Source: Gemmatimonadota bacterium (GTDB lineage: Bacteria > JAAXHH01). From it: a stretch of 64,000 nt of DNA. The stretch is from positions 4,913 through 68,912 of the forward strand of contig JAPOZT010000012.1 in NCBI GenBank assembly GCA_026705925.1, read 5' to 3'. Within the stretch, counting starts at the first letter, position 1, and each line of letters opens with the position of its first letter. A program made the position numbers and the translations under genes. The notes under the pieces were generated by a model. The model did not search any database, was not told the DNA's origin, and saw only the letters and a list, made by a program, of their open reading frames with translations. Below, piece after piece: positions 9,588-18,389 of this stretch.

Positions 9588-10676
9588 ATGATCGACTATG
9601 GCATGTTCCTCATGCCGGTGCACGACCCGGCCAAGCCGCCGGGACAGTGCTACGACGAAGACATGGAACTGCTGGTGCGATCGGAGGAGCTCGGTTTCAG
9701 CGAATTCTGGATCGGCGAGCACCACTCGTCGAGTTACGAGAACATCGTCATGCCCGAGATCTTCATCGGCAAGGCCCTGGGGCTGACCAGCCGCATGCGG
9801 CTCGGGGCCGCGCCCGTGTGCCTGCCCTACCACCATCCCGCCCACGTGGCAGGCCGCCTGGCCTTCCTCGATCATCTGTCCCACGGCAGGCTGAATATCT
9901 GCTTCGGTCCTGGCGCGATCCCGACCGACCTGGAAATGTTCGGGATCCGGCCCGAGGACTCCGGCGCCATGGTGGGCGAGGCGATCCAGATGATCATGAC
10001 GCTCTGGACCACCGATCCGCCCTACGACATCAACGGGCGGTTCTGGCAGGTGCACGTGGGCCGGGAAGTCCGGGAGGACCTGGGCGTCGGCGTCTACCTC
10101 AAACCCCTGCAGAAGCCCCACCCGCCCCTGTCCGTGCCCGTGATCATGCGAGATTCGGCCGGGACACGCATCGCGGGCCAGAAGGGCTATTCCCCCTTCA
10201 GCCACCACATGGTCGCCGCGAACGTGTTGGCGAACCACTGGGAGACCTACGCAAGCGGCGCGCAGAATGCCGGGCAGGAGCCGGACCGTCGCAAGTGGAA
10301 GATCTCGCGCAACATCTTTGTGGCGGAAACGACGAAGGAAGCCCGCGAAAGGGCACGGAACAATTCCCTGGGCAGATGCCTGGAGTACATCATGAAGCTC
10401 ACGGACCTGGGACCGGGGCGGGGGTTCTGGAAACGGGACCTGGACATGCCCGACTCCGAATGCACCCTGGACTACATGATGGACGAACAGGTCATCGCCG
10501 GCGATCCCGACGAGTGCGTGCGGCAGCTGCACCGCATGATGGAGGAGACGGGCGAATTCGGCACGTTCATCATGACCGCCCACGACTGGGACGACCGGGA
10601 GGCCTGGATCAACAGCCTGGAACTGTTCGCGAAAGAAGTTATGCCGCGGTTCAACCGGTCGCTGGGCTACGCCTGA
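9588..10676 (+). CDS. LLM-class (luciferase-like) flavin-dependent oxidoreductase
   Basis: GFSEFWIGEHHSS.YENI, LPYHHPAHVAGRLAFLDHLSHGRLNICFGPG and a TIM-barrel-size protein. Confidence 0.85.
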   Translation: MIDYGMFLMPVHDPAKPPGQCYDEDMELLVRSEELGFSEFWIGEHHSSSYENIVMPEIFIGKALGLTSRMRLGAAPVCLPYHHPAHVAGRLAFLDHLSHGRLNICFGPGAIPTDLEMFGIRPEDSGAMVGEAIQMIMTLWTTDPPYDINGRFWQVHVGREVREDLGVGVYLKPLQKPHPPLSVPVIMRDSAGTRIAGQKGYSPFSHHMVAANVLANHWETYASGAQNAGQEPDRRKWKISRNIFVAETTKEARERARNNSLGRCLEYIMKLTDLGPGRGFWKRDLDMPDSECTLDYMMDEQVIAGDPDECVRQLHRMMEETGEFGTFIMTAHDWDDREAWINSLELFAKEVMPRFNRSLGYA

Positions 10677-10835
10677 GTTTGCCGGATAGTTTCTAAGGGA
10701 CGGGCGTGGCCCCGTGTATACCAAGGGTTAGTGTAATCCGCGGGTTAAGTGTATACCGCGAGCGAAGCGTATGCCGCATGCAAGTGTATACAATGTAGAC
10801 ACAACGGAGATCAAAACCAAACTTCGGAGCTAGAT

Positions 10836-11900
10836 ATGAACTACGGCATGTTCATCATGCCTTTCCACGACCCGGTCAAGCCGGCGGCGCAGTGCCACGA
10901 CGAGGACCTTGAACTCATCGTGCGATGCGAAGAACTGGGTTTCACCGAGTTCTGGATCGGCGAGCATCACACCATGAAGTACGAGAACATCGTCCTGCCC
11001 GAGGCCTTCATCGGCAAGGCCCTGGCCATGACCCACTCCATCCGGCTCGGTACCGCGCCTACCTGCCTGCCCTATCACCACCCCGCCCACGTGGCCAGCC
11101 GTCTGGCCTTCATGGACCAGCTTTCCCATGGACGGCTCAACCTGTGCTTCGGTCCGGGCAGCGTGACGACGGACCTCGAACTCTACAAGATCGATCCCAG
11201 GCTCAACAGCGCCATGGCCGCCGAGTCGGCCGAAATGATCCTGCAGATCTGGAGCCAGGACCCGCCCTATCACCTGAAAGGCCGCTTCTGGGAGATCGAC
11301 CTGGAAGAAAACGTGGACCGCGACACGCTGATCGGCTATATCCACAAACCTCTGCAGCAACCCCATCCGCCCATCTGCGCCCCGGGGATGAGCATGAATT
11401 CCTCCACCATGAAGCTGGCGGGCGAAAAGGGCTGGTTTCCTATCAGCGCGAACATATCTCCCGGCAACGTCGTGGCCGACAACTGGCGGGTGTACGAGGA
11501 GGCGGCCCTTGAAGCCGGACGGACCCCCGACCGCAAGGACTGGCGCGTCTCCCGCAGCATCTTTCTTGCGGACAGCAAAGAGGAAGCGGCGCTAAAAGTG
11601 CGCAACAATTCCCTGGGCCGGGGCTTCGAATACCTCGGTGGCCTCTTCGACCAGGGCCTGGGACGGAAGATGCTCAAGAGAGACCCGGACATGCCTGACT
11701 CGGAGTGCAACCTGGACTACCTGATGACGGAGCAGATCATCCACGGCGACGTGGACGAGGTCGTCCGGCGGCTGGATCTGTTGCGGGAAGAAACGGGTGA
11801 TTTCGGCACGCTGATCCTCATGGGGTATGACTGGGACGACAAGGATTCCTGGCTCCACAGCATGGACCTCTTCGTCCACGAAGTGATACCGCGCATGTAA
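10836..11900 (+). CDS. LLM-class flavin-dependent oxidoreductase, tandem paralogue of 9588..10676
   Basis: ATG at 10836 (MNYGMFIMPFHDP...). It aligns colinearly with the upstream LLM protein at high identity (GFTEFWIGEHHT, LPYHHPAHVASRLAFMDQLSHGRLNLCFGPG). Confidence 0.85.
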   Translation: MNYGMFIMPFHDPVKPAAQCHDEDLELIVRCEELGFTEFWIGEHHTMKYENIVLPEAFIGKALAMTHSIRLGTAPTCLPYHHPAHVASRLAFMDQLSHGRLNLCFGPGSVTTDLELYKIDPRLNSAMAAESAEMILQIWSQDPPYHLKGRFWEIDLEENVDRDTLIGYIHKPLQQPHPPICAPGMSMNSSTMKLAGEKGWFPISANISPGNVVADNWRVYEEAALEAGRTPDRKDWRVSRSIFLADSKEEAALKVRNNSLGRGFEYLGGLFDQGLGRKMLKRDPDMPDSECNLDYLMTEQIIHGDVDEVVRRLDLLREETGDFGTLILMGYDWDDKDSWLHSMDLFVHEVIPRM

Positions 11901-12001
11901 ACCGAGCACGGGCGCCGAACGGTCCCGCGTCGCGACGTCCGGACCGGCTTGGAGACCGGCACAGCCGCACGACCACGCCGACGCCCGCAAAAGGAGCACA
12001 G

Positions 12002-12808
12002 ATGAAGGGTTCACGCCTGCCCTACCGCTACGATCACTACACCTGGGTCGAACTTAAGGAAAAAGTCGAGGACCAGCCCGCCGTCATCCTGCCCGTCGGG
12101 TCCACGGAGGACCACGGCTATCACATGCCCCTGGACGTGGACACCTTCCTGGTGAGCAGCGTGTGCGAAGGCGCCGCGAAGCTCATCCCGGACGAAGTGC
12201 TGATCCTGCCGGCCCTGCCCTACGGGTTCGAGGACCACCACATGGACTTCCCCGGGACAATCACCGTGCGGGACGACCACCTGCAGGACTTCGTCGTGGA
12301 CATCACCCGTAGCGTAGCCCACCACGGATTCCGGAAGATCCTCATCGTCAACGGCCACGGTTCCAACGCCACCATCCTGGAGACGGCGTCGCGCCGGACG
12401 GTCATCGAGACGGACGCCCACTGCGGGACGCTCAACTGGTGGAGCGTGGCGCAGTCGAAGCTCTGGGAGATCGGCGACTCCGAGCTCCAGTCCCACGCCG
12501 ACGAGATCGAGACCTCGGTCTACCGCTACCTCAACGACGACGCGATCCAGATGGACAAGGCAGTGCGGGAGGTGAAGATCCCCGTGTCTAAGTACTACTG
12601 GCGCGGCTGGATCCGCGGCAAGGGCGCCTCGCCCCTGCGCATGATGGACCAGTGGTCCCGGATCTCCGACTCCGGCGTCATCGGCGACGCCACCGTCGCC
12701 ACCGTGGAGAAGGGCGAGGAACTCTACCGCGCGGCCTCGGAGGAACTGGCCGGCTTGATCCAGGAATTCCGAGCACTGCCCATCGAGCCCCGGGTGGACC
12801 GGCACTAG
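12002..12808 (+). CDS. Creatininase-family amidohydrolase
   Basis: AVILPVGSTEDHGYHMPLDVD, ILIVNGHGSN and HADEIETS match the metal-binding pattern of the creatinine amidohydrolase family. Confidence 0.8.
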   Translation: MKGSRLPYRYDHYTWVELKEKVEDQPAVILPVGSTEDHGYHMPLDVDTFLVSSVCEGAAKLIPDEVLILPALPYGFEDHHMDFPGTITVRDDHLQDFVVDITRSVAHHGFRKILIVNGHGSNATILETASRRTVIETDAHCGTLNWWSVAQSKLWEIGDSELQSHADEIETSVYRYLNDDAIQMDKAVREVKIPVSKYYWRGWIRGKGASPLRMMDQWSRISDSGVIGDATVATVEKGEELYRAASEELAGLIQEFRALPIEPRVDRH

Positions 12809-12901
12809 GAACTTGCAGTCGTATCCGGGACATGGGAGACGCCGCTTCACAGGTCCGGGAGCGGACGGAAAACATCCCAACACCCTCAAGAAATACCGCT
12901 C

Positions 12902-14932
12902 ATGAACGGCGAAACACTTAAAAACACGCGATTCGGCCGTATCATCCACAGGACGTTGAAGTGGCTGGTCCCGGACACCTGGATGAAGCGCTGTACCTGT
13001 GCCGGACTGGTCATGGCGGCGTTGTCCTTGTTGCACCTTTTAATCTGGCACGGTGTGGGCACCTGGCTCCTCGTGCCAACGACCATCCTTCTAACCGCCA
13101 GCATTTGCTACTACACCTGGAAGATGCTTTCGTGGCTCCGGAATCGTCTGCTGTGGAGAGTCCGGAACCGGATTCTCGTTTCGTTTATCTTCGCCGGTCT
13201 CGCGCCCCTTTGTATAGCCTCCTCGATCAGTATTCTTGTCGGATGGCTCTGGATCGGAACCCTTGGTACCAATCTGGTCGCCCGCCAAATCGAAGAGACG
13301 ATCGACCGGCTCGATCATCTGCCGCTTGAAATACAACTGGCTCTGTTAAAAACGGCCCCGGACGGTGGACTGATGTTCGATAGGATCGTGAACGAAACTG
13401 TACGGGACAATCCGGAACTTTCCGGCCTGTCGATTCGTGTATTCGAGGATGGCCGTCCGGTGCATGCAACGCTACCTTCCAACACGCCGGAACCACTCCC
13501 GGACTGGGTGCTCCGGGAGGACCATTTCGCCAACGTGGTATACGACAGCCTGCCCGATGGCCGTTCCACGCTGTCCTTTCGCGCCGGCGACTCGGTGGAG
13601 ATCAGCGGACGGAACCTGTACGTACTCGCTTCCATGCCACTGGGGGACGCCTTCCGGACGAAGATTTGGGAGGAACTCGGCGCACAGATCACGTATCGGG
13701 CCGATCCTCTTATGGGGGAGTTCTTCTTATTGGAGCGTCCTCCCTCGGAAGTGGAATGGCGCCAGTTGCCGCTTTTGGGGGCGATTCCCGTGCCGTGGGT
13801 CCTTACCTTCGCCGCCAGGGACTGGGGTCTCGGTGCGAACAGCGCGGCGGTACTGGGCCTGGATCTGGATCCGATACACGTACTCGAGGCCACCGTCAGC
13901 GCAGACATGTTGCTGTCCGGTATTCCTTTACTGTATATAATCATCATCTTATGCACGGTACTCGTTTGCTTCGAACTGGTATCCTTCATGATCGGGCTGC
14001 TCGTCTCGCGGCGGATTACCACGGCGGTGCGCGGGCTGTACGAGGGAACGGAAGCCATCCGCGCCGGAAGGACGGACTTCCGCGTGGAAGAAAAGGCGCG
14101 GGATCAGCTTGGCGAACTCGGGCGCTCCTTCAACACCATGGCACAGAGCATCGAGATGCTGATGGATGAAGAAAGAGAAAAGGAGCGGATCGAAACGGAA
14201 CTGTCCATGGCCCGGGAGGTACAGGCCCGTTTCATACCCAACGTGCCGCCGCAGCGGGGTCCTCTCGAACTGGCCGGCGCCTGGATCCCCGCCCGCACGG
14301 TCAGCGGGGACTACTACGACTTCATCGAACACCGGGACCGGATGCTGGATATCGTGGTGGGCGACATATCGGGCAAGGGCATTTCGGCGGCGCTCATGAT
14401 GGCCGGCCTGCAGGCGTCGCTGCGGTCCCAGGCGCTGGACCCCGCGCTGGAAGGAAGCCCGGACCGGCTGTCCCGGCTGATGTCCCGCCTCAACGTCTAC
14501 CTGTGTCACAGCACGGCGCCGGATCGTTTCGCCACGGTGTTCATCTGCAGTTACCACATGGAGACGTCCCGGCTCAATTACTGTTGCGCCGGGCACAATC
14601 CACCCCTGCTGCTGCGCAACGGCAGCGACGATGTGGCGCTGCTCGAAAGCGGCGGTTACCCGATCGGGTTGTTTCCGGAAGCGGAATACGAAGATTCCTC
14701 CGTCAACGTCGATCCGGGGGATCTCTTCGCGGTCTATACCGACGGCATTACGGATGCGCTCAACCGGGAGGAAGAGGACTTCGGGGAAGCGCGTCTCCGC
14801 GGGGTCCTTTCGCGGAACCGCGACCGTTCCAGCGAGGAGATCCTGGAGCGGATCCTCGCCTCCGTCCGCGACTTCTCTCTCGGCGTGGAACAGTTCGACG
14901 ACCAAACCGCCGTCATCGGCCGGGTGCGCTGA
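12902..14932 (+). CDS. Membrane-bound HAMP-domain SpoIIE/PP2C-family protein phosphatase
   Basis: N-terminal TM helices and an extracytoplasmic region, then a second TM followed by HAMP (RRITTAVRGLYEGTEAIRAGRTDFRVEEKARDQLGELGRSFNTMAQSIE). The C-terminus is SpoIIE-like (AREVQARFIP, SGDYYDF, VGDISGKG, YTDGITDA, FDDQTAV). Confidence 0.85.
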   Translation: MNGETLKNTRFGRIIHRTLKWLVPDTWMKRCTCAGLVMAALSLLHLLIWHGVGTWLLVPTTILLTASICYYTWKMLSWLRNRLLWRVRNRILVSFIFAGLAPLCIASSISILVGWLWIGTLGTNLVARQIEETIDRLDHLPLEIQLALLKTAPDGGLMFDRIVNETVRDNPELSGLSIRVFEDGRPVHATLPSNTPEPLPDWVLREDHFANVVYDSLPDGRSTLSFRAGDSVEISGRNLYVLASMPLGDAFRTKIWEELGAQITYRADPLMGEFFLLERPPSEVEWRQLPLLGAIPVPWVLTFAARDWGLGANSAAVLGLDLDPIHVLEATVSADMLLSGIPLLYIIIILCTVLVCFELVSFMIGLLVSRRITTAVRGLYEGTEAIRAGRTDFRVEEKARDQLGELGRSFNTMAQSIEMLMDEEREKERIETELSMAREVQARFIPNVPPQRGPLELAGAWIPARTVSGDYYDFIEHRDRMLDIVVGDISGKGISAALMMAGLQASLRSQALDPALEGSPDRLSRLMSRLNVYLCHSTAPDRFATVFICSYHMETSRLNYCCAGHNPPLLLRNGSDDVALLESGGYPIGLFPEAEYEDSSVNVDPGDLFAVYTDGITDALNREEEDFGEARLRGVLSRNRDRSSEEILERILASVRDFSLGVEQFDDQTAVIGRVR

Positions 14933-14950
14933 GGGCGCAATCGAACCGTT

Positions 14951-17488
14951 TTAGCGGGACCCGGGTTGCCGCGCTGGAGGAGTTGGCGAAGCCCCTCTTA
15001 ACGCCGCGCACGCCGCGACGACATAGCAGGCCGCTGCCGCCGTCACCGTGAGCACGAATCCCCACTGCATGGCGATAATCATGGCCAGCGGCGAGGCCAG
15101 GACGGAAGCACAGCCGTTCACGCCCCAGGCCCAGGGCACCAGCGCGGCGGACCGCGTTCCGAACCGTCGCAGCCCCAGCGGAAAAGGCAGCCCCATGGCG
15201 AAGGCCAGGGGTGCGATGAGGACGAGTACCGCGGCGAGACGGATTCCAAGCGTCCAGGCGCCTCCGTACAGCGCAAGGAGGATCAAGCCCGTGAATACGG
15301 GTATGGCCAGGACTGCCGGCACCATGGCCAGCCTGGCCAGCGTAATGCCGGGCAACGCGGCAATGCGATCCGCCGCCAGGCTGCCCAGCCCCGAGCAGAG
15401 CAGAAAGGCCCCCACCGTGGCCGCGCCGCCGATCACGGGATCGCCCGCCAGGCGCTGGATGCCCGACAGAAAGGCGATTTCCAGCACCAGGTAAGCCAGC
15501 CCGATGGCCAGGAAGTACAGGGCGGCGATCGATCGTCCGGACGCCCGTCGGATGTCGGCGCGGAAAACGAAAGGCATCAGCGTCAGCACCAGGCCCGCGC
15601 AGGTAACGATGACGGCGGTGGAGAGGACGAACAGAAAGGCCAGTTCCGACCGGAGCAGCCACCCCGCGCCATAGGCCCGCCGGAAATCGGGCAGGGCGCT
15701 CAGTTTCCCGAAATTGCCGAAGAAGGGACGGTCGTCGGTGGCCGGCCGGACTTCGAAGGGCCAATCGTCGAAGAACCGGGCGGTTGCGTCCGGGTCCCCG
15801 GACAACAGGCTGCGCATCACGTGATGCAGGTAATCGCCGTCTTCCCCCGGTGGTCCGGGAAGTTCATCGGGACGGTTCATTTCGGCGGCCGTTATCCCCT
15901 CGAAATACACCGGGGTCAGGTTCCGCTCCGCGGCCAGGTCCCGCAGCCGGCGGATCTCCCCTTCCCGCCAGGGCCTTGGCCGGACCATGGTGCATACGCC
16001 CAGGAAATCCCGGACCATGGCGATGTGCGCGCCGGGCCGGGTAGACCGGGTGGGCCGGGCGATCCCCGACATTTCGAGGGCGGCGATGACCGTCGCCACG
16101 ATCTTCGCGTTGTCCCGGGGCGGTAGCTGTATCCCTCGGGACACGTGAAGGATGCCGTCCGGTGACAACCGCCGCAGGGCGGCCGCCACGCCTCCCACCG
16201 TCATGAGATGATCCTGGTTCAGCCCCTCCAGGCCGCCCGCGGCCGCCGACCAGGATTCCATGCCCGCCAGTTGGATGAGGTCGAAGGAACCCCGCGTCTC
16301 TTCGAGGAAGGCCCGGGGTTCCACCGGATGAAGTGCGACGCCCGGCAGGTCGAACACCATGCCGCCTTCGTCCTCCAGGGGGCCGGCCAGGAGGTCCGAA
16401 AGCACCCCGTTCGACTGCACGACGTCTATCGCGGCCGCGCCTTGCCGCCGGGCCAGCCAGATATTGCCGCCGCCGACCTCGTCCAGCAGCAGTACCCTGG
16501 GGTTGGACGGAACCAGGCCATAGGGCAAGGCCATGAGCGTGCCGCCCAGCGCCTCCGCCTGTTCCGGCCGGTTGATGCGCAACAGGGAACCGGCACGGTG
16601 ACCGTCCACGACGATCGACGCCATGGACGGCGGCACGCGATCGGCGGTCATGAAGGCCATGTCGTGGAAGGCATCGCTGCCGAAGGCCTCCACTACTCCC
16701 GACGGGCCGACGGCGCGGGCCAGCAACTCGGCCTGCCCATCCGCTTCAAGGCGGTCTACGTAGGCCAGATACTTGTCGCCATCTACACGGATAGAAGGTG
16801 GATAGAGGAACGCCAGCAGTGCGCCGGCAAGTATGGCCAGCACGGCAAGCGCGGCCAGCACACTCGCGGAAACCGGTCCGGCGCGCAACGCCCGCCGGTC
16901 GCCGCAGTAGGCCGCGGCCAGGACCACGGCCCCGGTCACGTAGCCCAGCCATGCGGGATCCACGAAGTACATGACGATGGTCACGCCGACCGCGCCGAAC
17001 GCGCTGCCGATGAGGTTCGACGCATAGACCGCGGTCAACCGCTGCCCGGCGGACATCAGCGCCAGCCCGATGGCGGTGGCGCCCAGGGCGAAGGGGACGG
17101 TCAGCAGGGCCCAGTATGCCGCCCACCAGGCCAGCTGACCGACGACCAGACCGGGCAGGAAACGGCCGGTCACGGGCAGGAACTGCGCGGCCTGAAGCAT
17201 AAGGGGAATGGAGATCGCTGTGAGCAGGGCCAGTACCGGAAGGGCCGTATGCCGGTGCCGAAGAAGGTAACCGCGCCACAGCGACAGGATCGCGCCGCTC
17301 ATGCCGAAGCCGAGGAGCGCGATGGTGATGACGAGGAAGGCGAAATGGTACCAGCTCGCGTACTGCAGGACGCGAATGAGCCCGATTTCGAAGGCGATGA
17401 CGCCGCAGGACACCAGGCCGGCGGCCCGTACGAGATAACCTGCCGGAAACTCCTCGGGCGTATCAGCGTTTTCGGTTCGCGACGTCAC
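14951..17488 (-). CDS. Polytopic membrane protein with a central spermidine-synthase-like (class I methyltransferase fold) domain
   Basis: Many TM helices flank a soluble segment (RVLLLDEVGGGNIWLARRQGAAAIDVVQSNG...). This resembles fused membrane/spermidine-synthase proteins. The start is taken at GTG 17488, which overlaps the pcm stop (GTGA). The upstream part of ORF 14951..17647 overlaps pcm. Confidence 0.65.
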   Translation of the reverse strand: MTSRTENADTPEEFPAGYLVRAAGLVSCGVIAFEIGLIRVLQYASWYHFAFLVITIALLGFGMSGAILSLWRGYLLRHRHTALPVLALLTAISIPLMLQAAQFLPVTGRFLPGLVVGQLAWWAAYWALLTVPFALGATAIGLALMSAGQRLTAVYASNLIGSAFGAVGVTIVMYFVDPAWLGYVTGAVVLAAAYCGDRRALRAGPVSASVLAALAVLAILAGALLAFLYPPSIRVDGDKYLAYVDRLEADGQAELLARAVGPSGVVEAFGSDAFHDMAFMTADRVPPSMASIVVDGHRAGSLLRINRPEQAEALGGTLMALPYGLVPSNPRVLLLDEVGGGNIWLARRQGAAAIDVVQSNGVLSDLLAGPLEDEGGMVFDLPGVALHPVEPRAFLEETRGSFDLIQLAGMESWSAAAGGLEGLNQDHLMTVGGVAAALRRLSPDGILHVSRGIQLPPRDNAKIVATVIAALEMSGIARPTRSTRPGAHIAMVRDFLGVCTMVRPRPWREGEIRRLRDLAAERNLTPVYFEGITAAEMNRPDELPGPPGEDGDYLHHVMRSLLSGDPDATARFFDDWPFEVRPATDDRPFFGNFGKLSALPDFRRAYGAGWLLRSELAFLFVLSTAVIVTCAGLVLTLMPFVFRADIRRASGRSIAALYFLAIGLAYLVLEIAFLSGIQRLAGDPVIGGAATVGAFLLCSGLGSLAADRIAALPGITLARLAMVPAVLAIPVFTGLILLALYGGAWTLGIRLAAVLVLIAPLAFAMGLPFPLGLRRFGTRSAALVPWAWGVNGCASVLASPLAMIIAMQWGFVLTVTAAAACYVVAACAALRGASPTPPARQPGSR

Positions 17489-18372
17489 TGTGCGACCCGG
17501 CCGGTCATGGGCACGAAGCGAACGGGCATCACGGTGCGGGAGGTCCGCTCTCCATCCGCCGTCTTGCGGACGACGACGAGGCGTTGCACACCCGTCATCT
17601 CGCCGATGGGAATGACGATACGCCCGCCGGGCTTGAGCTGGGACCACAGGATTGGCGGCAGGTGTCCGGCCGCGCAGGTGACGATGATGGCGTCATAGGG
17701 TCCCGCCTCCGGCCAGCCGTAATATCCGTCGCCATGGCGTGTCTGAACGGTGTCGTATCCCTCCTCGGCGAGCAGCCTGCGGGCCCGGTCCAGCAGGGGT
17801 TCGATGATCTCCATGGTATAAACGTGAGGTGTGATGTGCGCGAGTACGGCGGCCTGGTAACCCGAGCCGGTACCGATCTCGAGTACCTTCGAATCCGGAT
17901 CGATTTCGAGTAACTCGGTCATGTACGCCACGATGTAGGGCTGGGAGATGGTCTGCCCGAGCCCGATGGGCAGGGGCGTATCGTCGTAGGCGATGCGCCG
18001 CGTCTGTTCGTGGACGAACACATGGCGGGGCGCGTCCATCATGGCCCGGATTACGGCGCCGTCCGTGACCATGGGTGATTTGTCCAGGACCACCTCGACC
18101 ATGCGTGCCCGTTCCCGCTGGCGCTCACCGACGGAGCGGGGCCGCGGAGGCGTCCAGGCCGTGTCGGCGACCGCGGTGGATGCGGCCGGGGTGTTGGACG
18201 TGGTCGCGGCCGGTGTACGCGGATTGTCCGTCGTCCCCAACGGGTCTTCTACCCCGGGAAAACCGGTTTCGGGATCCGCCGTCAAGGCCGCGGACTCAGG
18301 CTCAGCTGCACACGCCAACAACATGAATCCGCAAAGCAGCGTTGAAGTCAATATACTGATCGCACCTGGCAT
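17485..18372 (-). CDS. pcm: Protein-L-isoaspartate O-methyltransferase with an N-terminal lipoprotein-like signal and S/T/P-rich linker
   Basis: The core GQTISQPYIVAYMTELL, VLEIGTGSGYQAAVLA and GGRIVIPIG is canonical Pcm. The N-terminus MPGAISILTSTLLCGFMLLAC has a lipobox. An alternative internal start MVEVVLDK near 18075 would give a cytoplasmic form. Confidence 0.8.
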   Translation of the reverse strand: MPGAISILTSTLLCGFMLLACAAEPESAALTADPETGFPGVEDPLGTTDNPRTPAATTSNTPAASTAVADTAWTPPRPRSVGERQRERARMVEVVLDKSPMVTDGAVIRAMMDAPRHVFVHEQTRRIAYDDTPLPIGLGQTISQPYIVAYMTELLEIDPDSKVLEIGTGSGYQAAVLAHITPHVYTMEIIEPLLDRARRLLAEEGYDTVQTRHGDGYYGWPEAGPYDAIIVTCAAGHLPPILWSQLKPGGRIVIPIGEMTGVQRLVVVRKTADGERTSRTVMPVRFVPMTGRVAQ

Positions 18373-18389
18373 ATGCTGTCGTCCCGGTT

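Noticed and set aside
9057-10724. A 555-aa ORF antisense to the first LLM gene. Similar long antisense or off-frame ORFs occur at 4667-5926, 12011-13036, 16208-17698, 22165-24495, 29421-31937, 37459-39201, 43025-45292, 47226-48308, 57411-58655 and 59374-60513.
   Set aside because: Their translations are Arg/Gly/Pro/Ala-rich with no family motifs, while the opposite or alternative frame encodes proteins with clear family signatures. Long stop-free antisense frames are expected in high-GC coding DNA.
9588-12808. A mycofactocin-like or other RiPP maturation system, reading the creatininase-family protein as MftE-like next to the oxidoreductases.
   Set aside because: No radical-SAM enzyme, precursor peptide or RRE-type chaperone ORF is present. 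The context is aldolases and dehydrogenases, which favours catabolism.
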